Source: a virus (lineage: Duplodnaviria > Caudoviricetes). Taken from it: a DNA stretch of 64,000 bases. Where the stretch lies: IMG/VR virus record IMGVR_UViG_3300024346_000005. One strand, given 5' to 3'. Both the position numbers and the translations under genes were made by a program. The notes below the pieces were generated by a model. That model was not told the origin of the DNA. It ran no database searches and saw only the letters and a program-made list of their open reading frames with translations. This document shows, piece by piece, positions 5,713 through 16,100 of this stretch; position 1 is the first letter of the stretch, and the number at the start of each line of letters is the position of its first letter.

Positions 5713-6471
5713 ATGGCTAAAGGATTTACCGTTAAAGCATCTGCCCCCGTAGCAGCAAATAAAGAATTAGAATGGGATTACGATCTAGCAAGGGAAATGG
5801 TACGAGGCAAATCAATTGTCTTTTGTCTTCCCGGAAGAGGAGTCTCCTATACATATCTGAAAAGTTTTGTTCAATTGTGCTTTGATCTTGTACAGAACGG
5901 TGCAAGCATTCAAATCTCACAAGACTATTCATCCATGGTAAACTTTGCACGATGCAAATGTTTGGGTGCGAATGTACTCAGAGGTCCAAATCAACTTCCC
6001 TGGGATGGAAAACTCAATTATGATTGGCAACTTTGGATTGACTCTGATATTGTCTTCAATAGTGAAAAGTTTTGGCAATTAGTTCTTATGGACAAAGATA
6101 TTGCATCTGGATGGTATGCAACCGAAGACGGGCATACAACCTCAGTGGCACACTGGATGGAAGAAGATGATTTCCGCAATAATGGTGGAGTCATGAATCA
6201 TGAGACCGTCGATAGCATCTCCAAGCGTCGCAAACCATTCACAGTTGATTATGCAGGATTTGGTTGGTTACTGATTAAGAAAGGAGTCTTCGAGCACTCG
6301 GAGATGACATATCCATGGTTTGCACCAAAGATGCAAGTCTTTGAATCTGGAGAAGTTCAGGATATGTGTGGAGAAGATGTATCATTCTGTTTGGATGCAA
6401 AAGAAGCAGGATTTGAGATTTGGTGCGACCCTCGTATTAGAGTCGGTCACGAAAAGACAAGAGTAATTTGA
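5713..6471 (+). CDS. GT-A fold glycosyltransferase-like protein (252 aa)
   Basis: LWIDSDIVF DxD motif, GFGWLLIKKGVFE, GEDVSFCLDA, RVGHEK: GT2-like signature. Confidence 0.7.
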   Translation: MAKGFTVKASAPVAANKELEWDYDLAREMVRGKSIVFCLPGRGVSYTYLKSFVQLCFDLVQNGASIQISQDYSSMVNFARCKCLGANVLRGPNQLPWDGKLNYDWQLWIDSDIVFNSEKFWQLVLMDKDIASGWYATEDGHTTSVAHWMEEDDFRNNGGVMNHETVDSISKRRKPFTVDYAGFGWLLIKKGVFEHSEMTYPWFAPKMQVFESGEVQDMCGEDVSFCLDAKEAGFEIWCDPRIRVGHEKTRVI

Positions 6472-6635
6472 TGACTAACGAATCTTACAATATAATCTGT
6501 AAGGGTCGTAAAATTTATTCTAATCTTACAGAAGAAGAATACTTCAATACTATGGAGGATCTGTCCGTACAATTTTATCAGACGGGTTCTCCAAATCCAA
6601 ATGAAATTGAAACTGAAATTATAGGAGAAAATTAA
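6471..6635 (+). CDS. Small acidic hypothetical protein (54 aa)
   Basis: ATG overlaps the upstream TGA; MTNESYNIICKGRKIYSNLTEEEYF... Confidence 0.65.
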   Translation: MTNESYNIICKGRKIYSNLTEEEYFNTMEDLSVQFYQTGSPNPNEIETEIIGEN

Positions 6636-6787
6636 TGGCAATTAAAAAATCATCAGGTGGTGGTGGGAAGCAAGTAATTGAATCTCTCCCCAAGAAAACT
6701 AAGCAAGGTTGTGGTGCTCATACTAAGTATGCGGCATCTTCTCGTAATAAAGCTCGTAAGAAATACAGGGGACAAGGTAAAAAATGA
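6635..6787 (+). CDS. Small highly basic protein (50 aa)
   Basis: TAATG coupling and GGAG upstream; MAIKKSSGGGGKQVIESLPKKTKQGCGAHTKYAASSRNKARKKYRGQGKK. Confidence 0.7.
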   Translation: MAIKKSSGGGGKQVIESLPKKTKQGCGAHTKYAASSRNKARKKYRGQGKK

Positions 6788-7275
6788 ATCCATTGCTTTT
6801 CATTTCTGAAGATAAAGAAAAGGCACTAATTCAACAAATAACTTATCTCATTCAAGTATCGGAGATTGATATTCATCCTTCCGATACTTGTTTTTTAATG
6901 GTTTCTCCCGATTATTCCGCAATTGTGACACAACATCTTTCACATTCTTTAAGTATGGATGGAGAAATATTTCATATAGAATCAGTTAATGTTCCATTTC
7001 CGGATGAAAATGTAAACGAATATCGTAAAGATTTTATTGAAAACTATTTAAAGTGGTCAAAACAGTGGAAAAAATTTGTTTTAATTGAGGCAGGAGTTAT
7101 AAGAGGAGGTAATTATAAATGGATTACGGATATAATTGACAAAAAATACTATACAGTAGCATTATGTGAGAATATTCATAGTAAATTTAAAAGTGATTTT
7201 GTCTCGTTATACTATGATGATAGTAAAGTAGACCTTCATTTTTGGTGGGAAAGACCAAATAATCATTGGAGATAA
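6784..7275 (+). CDS. Phosphoribosyltransferase-fold protein (163 aa)
   Basis: FVLIEAGVIRGGNY resembles a degenerate PRPP-binding loop (hhhhDDhhxxGGT). Confidence 0.5.
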   Translation: MNPLLFISEDKEKALIQQITYLIQVSEIDIHPSDTCFLMVSPDYSAIVTQHLSHSLSMDGEIFHIESVNVPFPDENVNEYRKDFIENYLKWSKQWKKFVLIEAGVIRGGNYKWITDIIDKKYYTVALCENIHSKFKSDFVSLYYDDSKVDLHFWWERPNNHWR

Positions 7276-7307
7276 TAGACTAAATATTTTTTTTACATAA
7301 AATTTAG

Positions 7308-7649
7308 TTGAAACAGCATTCGATGGGAACTCATCTCCTTTTGGAGGTGTATGATGTTAAATTTAACCTCTTAAATGACGTAATATCTCTCCAAGAAACA
7401 ATGGAGAAGGGTATTAATCGTGCAAATATGACTATTTTGAATATTTTTTCTCATTGTTTTTTTCCTCAAGGATGTACTATTGTTATTGCACTCTCAGAAA
7501 GTCATGTTTCTTGCCACACCTGGCCTGAAAATGGTTGTATAGCAATTGATGTCTATACTTGTGGTGAAGGAAATCCTAGACTAGTTGCAATTGAATTATT
7601 AAAATATCTAAATTCTGATAATTACAATCTTCGAGAAGTAAATCGTTAA
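7308..7649 (+). CDS. speD: S-adenosylmethionine decarboxylase proenzyme family
   Basis: HLLLEVY, ALSE-SHVSCHTWPE (pyruvoyl-forming Ser), IDVYTCG; late promoter CTAAATA 7280-7286. Alternative start ATG 7323. Confidence 0.9.
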   Translation: MKQHSMGTHLLLEVYDVKFNLLNDVISLQETMEKGINRANMTILNIFSHCFFPQGCTIVIALSESHVSCHTWPENGCIAIDVYTCGEGNPRLVAIELLKYLNSDNYNLREVNR

Positions 7650-7657
7650 ATAGTAAT

Positions 7658-7708
7658 AGGAGATAGAAACCTCCTTTATAAAAGTTCTGTTTTAAATTAA
7701 AACAGGAG
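7658..7708 (+). promoter_or_regulatory. Two-hairpin leader overlapping the SD of ORF 7716
   Basis: AGGAG 7658-7662 / CTCCT 7671-7675; CTGTTTTA 7687-7694 / TAAAACAG 7698-7705; SD AGGAG 7704-7708; TAAATA 7647-7652. Confidence 0.45.
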
Positions 7709-7715
7709 TTTCAAA

Positions 7716-7892
7716 ATGCTATTCGAATCAGAAGAAAATCAAAAAAGACTCATTCAAGAAGTGGTCTATGATGTTGCACCGAAGCATAACCTAAAAAAAC
7801 AAGTTGAACTGCACGAAAAAATTCGTAATGATGAAGACTATGATGATTGGTCTTATGGAACAGAACCAAACTATGGTTCTTCCTGGAAGTAG
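7716..7892 (+). CDS. Small acidic hypothetical protein (58 aa)
   Basis: AGGAG SD, ATG 7716, TAG 7890-7892; translated by hand. Confidence 0.65.
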   Translation: MLFESEENQKRLIQEVVYDVAPKHNLKKQVELHEKIRNDEDYDDWSYGTEPNYGSSWK

Positions 7893-7920
7893 GTATAAAT
7901 AAATAAAAAACTTTCGTTCG

Positions 7921-8322
7921 ATGGCAATTCAAAGGATATCCAGATCATTCAAAGATATCAGTTTATCCTTTGAACCACATCCAGTGACAAAGGATCTGCC
8001 GATACTAAAGAATGAAAATGCAATTCGTAGATCAGTAAGAAATATTGTAGAAACTATTCCAACGGAAAGATTCTTCAATTCACTCTTAGGATCTGATATT
8101 ACAAAAAGTTTATTTGAATTTGTTGATTTTGGTACTGCATCAGTAATACAAAGTCAAATTGAAATATCCATTAATAACTTTGAACCAAGAGTTAATAATG
8201 TAGAAGTTCAGGTAGATCCTATTCCAGATGATAATACCTTTAATGTAACAATTATTTTTGATATTATAGGGCAAGAATTTCCAACTCAAGAATATTCATT
8301 CATACTAGAGGCAACAAGATAA
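7921..8322 (+). CDS. gp25: Baseplate wedge subunit gp25
   Basis: SFKDISLSF...AIRRSVRNIV...ERFFNSLLGS...FEPRV; synteny with gp6. Confidence 0.9.
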   Translation: MAIQRISRSFKDISLSFEPHPVTKDLPILKNENAIRRSVRNIVETIPTERFFNSLLGSDITKSLFEFVDFGTASVIQSQIEISINNFEPRVNNVEVQVDPIPDDNTFNVTIIFDIIGQEFPTQEYSFILEATR

Positions 8323-8323
8323 A

Positions 8324-10198
8324 ATGCCTTTTACTAAATTTACAAATCTAGATTTCGATCAGATAAAGACATCCATTAAAGATTATCTCCGTGCCAACTC
8401 CACATTCACGGATTTTGACTTTGAGGGATCTAATTTTTCTGTACTAATAGACACGCTAGCATATAATACCTATATTACCTCATTCAACTCGAATATGGTT
8501 GTGAACGAATCCTTTCTGGATTCTGCAACTGTTCGTGAAAATGTTGTTTCACTAGCAAGAAATATCGGTTACGTACCTCGCTCCAGGACGGCAGCAAAGG
8601 CACAAATATCATTTAATATCCCCACAACCGCAACTCCCACACTTACCTTACAGAAAGGTCTAGTCTGTATAGGTTCTGTAGATAATACTTCATACACATT
8701 TTCAATCCCAGACAACATATCATCAAATGTTGTAGACGGAGCAGCATCTTTTAATAATATTAATATCTATCAAGGAACATTTTTAACTAAACAATTTACA
8801 GTAGATGGATCTCTGGATCAAAGATTTATTTTAAACAACTCATTTATTGATACTTCCACCATCTCAGTCTATGTGAAGGGAATTAATGATAGTGGTCTTG
8901 GAGTAGAATATTCTTCTGTTGATAATATTCTTAATGTAGATTCATCCTCAAGAATATATCTCCTACAAGAAGTTCAAGATGAAAAATATGAATTACTTTT
9001 CGGTGATGGACTGATTGGAAAAAAATTAGAAAACAATTCAGTAATTACAGTAAATTATATTGTTACCGATGGTGAAGATGGTAATGGTGCTTCTTCATTT
9101 TCTTTTGCCGGGAGCACTAGTCCAAATAGTGAAACAGGTTCGGTCTCTGTTATAACGAATCAGTCATCTCAAAATGGTTCTGAAATAGAATCCATAGATT
9201 CTGTCAAATATTTTGCCCCAAGAATTTATTCCTCCCAATATAGAGCAGTAACATCAAGAGATTATGAGGCAATTATAAAAAAAATATATCCAGATACCGA
9301 ATCAGTTGCTGTTATTGGAGGTGAGGAATTAGATCCACCAGAATTTGGTACAGTATCAATAAGTATTAAACCAAAAAATGGAACTTTTGTTTCCGATTTT
9401 AATAAAGAACAAATTAAAAATAAATTAAAGCAATATAGTATTTCTGGAATTAATCAAAAAATAATTGATCTTAAGATATTATATGTAGAAATTGATTCAT
9501 CAATTTATTACAACTATGCTCAAGTATCGGCAGTAGAATCATTGAAAACAAAAATTATAAATTCATTGACAGAATATTCCGATTCTGTGGATCTCAATTC
9601 ATTTGGTGGAAGATTTAAATATAGTAAGGTTCTTCAAATAATTGACAATACTGATATTGCTATAACTTCTAATATCACTAAGGTTAGAATTAGAAGAGAT
9701 TTGAAAGCGCAGATAAACCAGTTTGCACAATATGAACTATGCTTTGGAAATAAATTTCATATCAATAGTGGCGGTTTTAATATTAAAAGCACTGGATTTA
9801 AAATTTCTGCAGATTCGGATACCGTATATCTAACAGATGTACCTAATAGCGATGGAAAAACTGGAATACTATCAATAGTAAAACCTTTAAGCGATGGAAC
9901 TACAAGAATAGTTGCAAAATCTTCCGGAACAGTTGATTATGTGAAAGGTGAAATTAAATTGGGAACCATAAACATTATTTCAACATCTAAAGAAAATGAT
10001 ATTATCGAAATACAGGCATTCCCAGAATCTAATGATGTTCTTGGACTAAAAGATTTATATTTAAATTTTAGTATTTCAAAAAGCACAATAAATATGGTAA
10101 GAGATGTAGTTGCCTCCGGTGATGAAATATCAGGTACATTATTTGCCAGAGACTATTATACATCAAGTTATTCAAACGGGAATTTAATAAGAGCATAA
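8324..10198 (+). CDS. gp6: Baseplate wedge subunit gp6
   Basis: LDFDQIKTSIKDYL...FEGSNFSVLIDTLAYNT; RAVTSRDYEAII. Confidence 0.92.
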   Translation: MPFTKFTNLDFDQIKTSIKDYLRANSTFTDFDFEGSNFSVLIDTLAYNTYITSFNSNMVVNESFLDSATVRENVVSLARNIGYVPRSRTAAKAQISFNIPTTATPTLTLQKGLVCIGSVDNTSYTFSIPDNISSNVVDGAASFNNINIYQGTFLTKQFTVDGSLDQRFILNNSFIDTSTISVYVKGINDSGLGVEYSSVDNILNVDSSSRIYLLQEVQDEKYELLFGDGLIGKKLENNSVITVNYIVTDGEDGNGASSFSFAGSTSPNSETGSVSVITNQSSQNGSEIESIDSVKYFAPRIYSSQYRAVTSRDYEAIIKKIYPDTESVAVIGGEELDPPEFGTVSISIKPKNGTFVSDFNKEQIKNKLKQYSISGINQKIIDLKILYVEIDSSIYYNYAQVSAVESLKTKIINSLTEYSDSVDLNSFGGRFKYSKVLQIIDNTDIAITSNITKVRIRRDLKAQINQFAQYELCFGNKFHINSGGFNIKSTGFKISADSDTVYLTDVPNSDGKTGILSIVKPLSDGTTRIVAKSSGTVDYVKGEIKLGTINIISTSKENDIIEIQAFPESNDVLGLKDLYLNFSISKSTINMVRDVVASGDEISGTLFARDYYTSSYSNGNLIRA

Positions 10199-10199
10199 T

Positions 10200-13100
10200 A
10201 TGATACAGACTGGGTTCGAATCTAGAGTTAAGGTTCAGCAAGTTATTGAAAATCAACTTCCAAACTTTATTTTGGATGAAAGTCCAAATACGGCAGAATT
10301 TTTAAAGCAATATTATATTTCTCAAGAATATCAAGGTGGTGTAGTTGATATTGCAGAAAATTTAGATCAATATTTGAAATTAGATAATCTAACTCCAGAA
10401 GTTGTAGTTGATAGTACGATACTTACAATAGGAATCACAACAACATCAAATATTATTACAGTAAGTAGTACTAAAGGTTTTCCTCAAACTTATGGTTTAT
10501 TGAAGATTGATGATGAAATTATTACATATACCGGAATAACCACAAATACATTTACAGGATGTGTTCGTGGGTTTAGTGGCATTACTAATTATCATTCAAA
10601 TTCAAATCAAGAAGAATTAGTATTTTCAGAATCGATATCTACATTTCATAGTGCTGGATCATCCGTACAAAATCTAAGTTCTTTATTCTTAAAAGAGTTT
10701 TATAAAAAAATAAAATACACTTTTACTCCAGGTCTGGAAGAAGTTGATTTTGTATCAAATTTAAATGTTGGTAATTTTATAAAGGAAGCAAGATCATTTT
10801 ATCAGGCAAAGGGGACTGACGAATCATTTAGAATTTTATTTAATATTTTATATGGAGTAACTCCTCTGGTAGTAAATTTAGAGGAGTTTTTAATTAAACC
10901 ATCTTCGGCAGAATTTATAAGAAGAGAAATTGTAATTGCAGAAAGAATTTCTGGAGATCCTTCTAAATTGGTAGGTCAAACAATTCAGAAATTTAATGAT
11001 GAGAGCACTAGTGCCTCAATTTCTGAAGTAGAACTATTTACCAGAAATAATATACAATATTTTAAGATTTCACTTTTTGTTGGATATGAAAATTTTTCCG
11101 CTGTTCTTGGAAATTTTACAATTACTCCAAATACAAAAAGTCTAAAAAATGTTGCCATCGGGTCGTCAGTAATTTCAGTAGACTCTACAATAGGATTTGC
11201 TGGAATTGGAACCATCATATCTGGAATTAATACTATCACTTATACAAGTAAGAGTATTAATCAGTTTTTTGGATGTACTGGAATTACATCTTCAATTTTA
11301 TCATCTGCCGATATAAGATCTGATGAAATTTATTTTGGATATGAAAATGGAGATTTGGATAAAAAAGTTGAGTTAAGACTTACGGGAGTATTATCTAAAT
11401 TTGTTCAAGTATCAGATACTTTAAATTTGGATGAAGGGCAAAAAATATCAGTTAAAAATATTGGGGATTTGATTCAAAATCCGCAGCAGAATAAGACATA
11501 TAAAGAAATATTTGCAAATTCGTGGATATACAATACTGGATCTAGATATGAAATAGAAAATATCAGTAATTTTACTTTAAAAAGTCCAATTGACAGGTCT
11601 AGTTTAAAAATTGGAGATGAAGTAGAAATTTTAGAAAAAAATAGTAATGTTGTAGTTTCATCTTCTGGTGCATATATTTCGGATATTATATCTTCACAAA
11701 ATAGAGTTATTATATATAATTTAAACTTCACGGCAGAAAATGGAGTGAAGTATGATTTAAGAAGAAAAATTAATACCGCAAACAGTACAGTAGTTCCAAT
11801 AGAATTTGGAAATAATGTTATTTTATCAGATATTCAAAATTTATATACTGATGATGAGTATGCCTATGTAGCTTCTAACTCATTACCATCGGGTAGAGAT
11901 GGATATGATGGAAATTTTACATATAAAATAACAAAAGATATTAAAACATCAGTTGGAATAGGAACTGCTGATGTAATAGATAACAACTACACAAGTATAG
12001 TATTTCAAAATCCAGTTCCATTTATCACTGGCGATAGAATTTACTATCAACCATCAGGAACACCTATTGTTGGATTAGATACTGGAGATTATTATGTACA
12101 AGTTCTAGATCCATCTAATAAAATAAGATTATATTCATCATTATCATTTGTTGGAACTGATAATTTCTTAACATTTTCAAATTCAAATTTTGCCAATCAA
12201 ACTCATAGATTTACATTATATTCTCAGAAATCTGGTATAATTGGTGCTCAAAAATTACTCAAAAAATTTCCATTATCTGAAAGTATCGATACTGGAACTG
12301 GAGAATTAACAATTCCAGGTTCAGTCGGAATGTTAATTAATGGTGTTGAAGTTAATAGTTATAAATCTAATGATAAAGTATACTATGGTCCTTTAAAATC
12401 TATTAGTGTATTAAATGGTGGAATAGACTATGATGTTATTAATCCCCCATCAATATCCGTTTCTTCTGGAATTGGATCTACAGCATTAGTTAGACCAGTA
12501 GTTGGTGGGTCAATTAAAAAAGTTTACATCGATTCTCAAGACTATGATATCAATACAATTGTATCTATTGGTGTAACTGGTGGTAATGGGTCTGGTTGCG
12601 TATTAGAACCCATTCTTACGAAGAGAAGAAGAGATATTTTCTTCGATGGAAGATTGACCACAAATTCTGGGGGAATTAGTTCAACGACAAATCAATTGTC
12701 ATTTTTAACGAATCACAATTTAAGCAATGGGGAATTAGTAGTTTACAATTCTAATGGAAATTCTTCAATTGGTATTGGTACTACAAATTTAACTTTAGTA
12801 AATAATGCCACATATTATTCTAAAGTTGATAATAACAGAACTATCAGACTTTATCAGTCCAATTCTGATTATCAGTCGGGAATTAATACTATCAAATTTA
12901 ATGGAATTAGTGCCGGAGGAATACATAAGTTTTCTACTGCATCATTTAAAAATACCATATCAGAGATTAAAATATTAAATGGTGGGAATGGATATACAAA
13001 TAGAGAGTTAATTGTTTCTTCAACAGGAATATCCACAATAAACTACACGATTAGTTTCGAAAATCATGGATTTAAGAGTGGAGAACTTGTAACTTATCAA

Positions 13101-16100
13101 TATGAAACATCTACAATTGGAATTTCTACATTATCTCAATATCATGTATTGAAAAATAATGATGATTCTTTTAGACTTTGTGATGCTGGAATTGGTGGAA
13201 CTGACATATCAAATTATAATAGAAAAAATTATATTAAATTTTCTTCTACTGGATCGGGATATCAATATTTTAGTTATCCTAATATTTCTGTTTCTATACA
13301 ATATACTCCTGTTGGATTTGGAACCACAAGTCAACAGATTCAATCTCTTGTAGCAACTCCTATTGTTAAAGGTAATATTATAGATGCTTATCTATATGAA
13401 AGTGGAACTGGATATGGATCGACAATTGTAAATCTTGAGAGAAGACCATTAATAACGATAAAAACCGGAAAGGAGGCAAAATTAAAACCAATTATTGTAA
13501 ATGGTCAAATTAATTCCGTAAATATTCAATATGGTGGGGTTGATTATTATTCAACTCCTGATTTGGTTGTAACAGATTTAACCGGTGCCGGATCCGGAGC
13601 AGATTTAAGACCAGTCATTACTAACCAAAAAATAACAGATATTAAGATAGTAAATCCGGGAATTGGATACTCAAGCACCTCAACAATAATTAAAGTAAAT
13701 CCTTCAGGTTCTAATGCAATTTTAAGTGCCAATATTAGAGATTTAACAGTTAATAATAACTTAAAGTTTGGTGATGAAATTTTAATAGAAACTGAAAATC
13801 AATTGCAGTATTCTGTTTGTGGATATTTTGAAAACTTAAGAACTTCATTTGGTGATAGTGGATCTCAGGTTTCTAATATAATTGGGTGGGCATATGATGG
13901 AAATCCAATATATGGAGCATATGGATATTCTAATCCGGAGGATACCAATTCTACTCCTAAAATTTTAACTTCTGGATATACATTAAGTTCTTCTAACATT
14001 ATTGATAGACCAGAATTGCCGTTAGGGTTCTTTGTTGAAGATTACAAATACACAAATTCTGGAGATTTGGATGAAAATAATGGAAGATTTGGAAAAACAC
14101 CAGAATTTCCAAATGGAGTTTATGCATATTTTGCAACTATTAACCCAACCTCTTTCACTTCACAATTCCCATATTTTATAGGAAACAAATATAGATCTAA
14201 TACCATAAATGAAAACTATACTTTAAACCAAACATTTGATTTTAACAACTCAAATTTACTTAGAAATACCTTACCGTATAAAGTATCCGATAATTATGCA
14301 AAAAATGATTTTATAGTAGAGACTAATGAAATTACATCACAAGAGTCGATTGTTGAGTCGGTATCTGAAGGATTTGTAAGTTCTTTTGATATTATTAATT
14401 CTGGATCTGATTATAAAGTTAATGATATTTTAAATTTCAACGATAGTGGCACTTCTGGAGGTGGATTGATTGCAAGAGTATCTTCAATAGAAGGAAAAGA
14501 TATTACAAAAATAGATACTTCTATAGAAACTTATGAAAATTCTATTTTTACATATAATGCTGGAGGGGAAGTAAAAGTTACAATTAAACCATATCACAAT
14601 TTGTCCAATAATGATTTTGTTATGGTTTCAGGATTTTCAACCAACTTATCAAAGTTAAATAATTCATATAAGATTGGAGTATCTTCGTATTATTCAAATG
14701 TTCTTAAGGACATTCCATCAACATCAACATCAGGATTGACAACTGAAATTTATATTACACAACTTCCAGAAACCGTATCTATAGGAAGTAGCATCGCAAT
14801 AGGTAGTGAAAGACTATCAGTATTGGAAGTATATAAAAACCTTAATATACTTAAAGTAGAAAGAGGATCTACCGGAGTATCTCACACTGCAACTACTCAA
14901 ATAAACTTTATTCCAGATTCATTCATTATTTCACAAAAAATAGATTATTTTGAATCTAATGTAAATGACAAAGTATTTTTCAATCCAAAACAATCAGTAG
15001 GAATTGGTACTACACCTGGAATTACAAATAAAATAACATTTCAATTTGGAGATTCTAATATTACCAGAACTGTTCCAACTCAAGGAATTTATATTGAAAA
15101 TCACCCATTTAAAAATAATCAGCAGGTAATATTTGCGAGCAATGGTAATGGTGTAATATCAATTTCAACTTCACTAAGTACAGGTACATTTGATTTACCT
15201 CAAAATGTATATGTAACTAATAAAAATAAAAATACAATTGGAATAAAAACTACTCTCAATTCTTCCGAAGTATTCTTCATTACTAACGGTAGTGATAATG
15301 ATAAGTATTCATTTGAAAGTACATACCCACAAATAGTTGGAAAGGTTGAAAGAGTTAAATCTACAGTTTCAGTATCAACTTCTCACGAACTTTCTAGCGG
15401 AGATGTTATTAGTTTAAGTATAGAACCAAATCTTTCTGTTGGTATTGGAACTTCTACTGGCATTAGAGTAAAAAGAGATTTAATAACTGGAAACATTTTA
15501 ATCAATCCAATTGGATTTACTTCAACCGGAATTAACACATCAACAAATAGCATTTCAATTAATTCGCATAACTTAAAAACTGGAGATAAAATTCTATATT
15601 CATCTAATTTAGTTGCATCTGGATTATCAACTGGATTTTATTATGTTTACCGAGTTAATGATAACACAATAAAACTTTCTGAAACATATCTAGACTCTAA
15701 AACCATTCCCCCAACAACAGTAAGTATTGCCGGAACTGGTGGTTCAAGTCAAAGTATTTCATTAATAAATCCCCAAATTGAATCAATTAAAAATAATAAC
15801 CTTATATTTAATTTATCAGATAATTCTTTAGCGGGATATAAATTTAAACTTTACTACGATCAAGATTATAATAATGAATTTATTTCAACTCCATCTTCTA
15901 ATTTGTTTACACTATCTGACATTGGAACTATAGGAGTTTCCACTAATGCCTCTCTGGCAATTAATTATAGTGAAAGTTTACCAACAAAGTTATATTACAA
16001 TTTAGAAAAATCTGGGTACATTAGCACTTCAGATACAGAAGTAAATAATTATTCCGAAATATTATTTGCGAATAGCGTATATCGTTCTAATTATATAATT

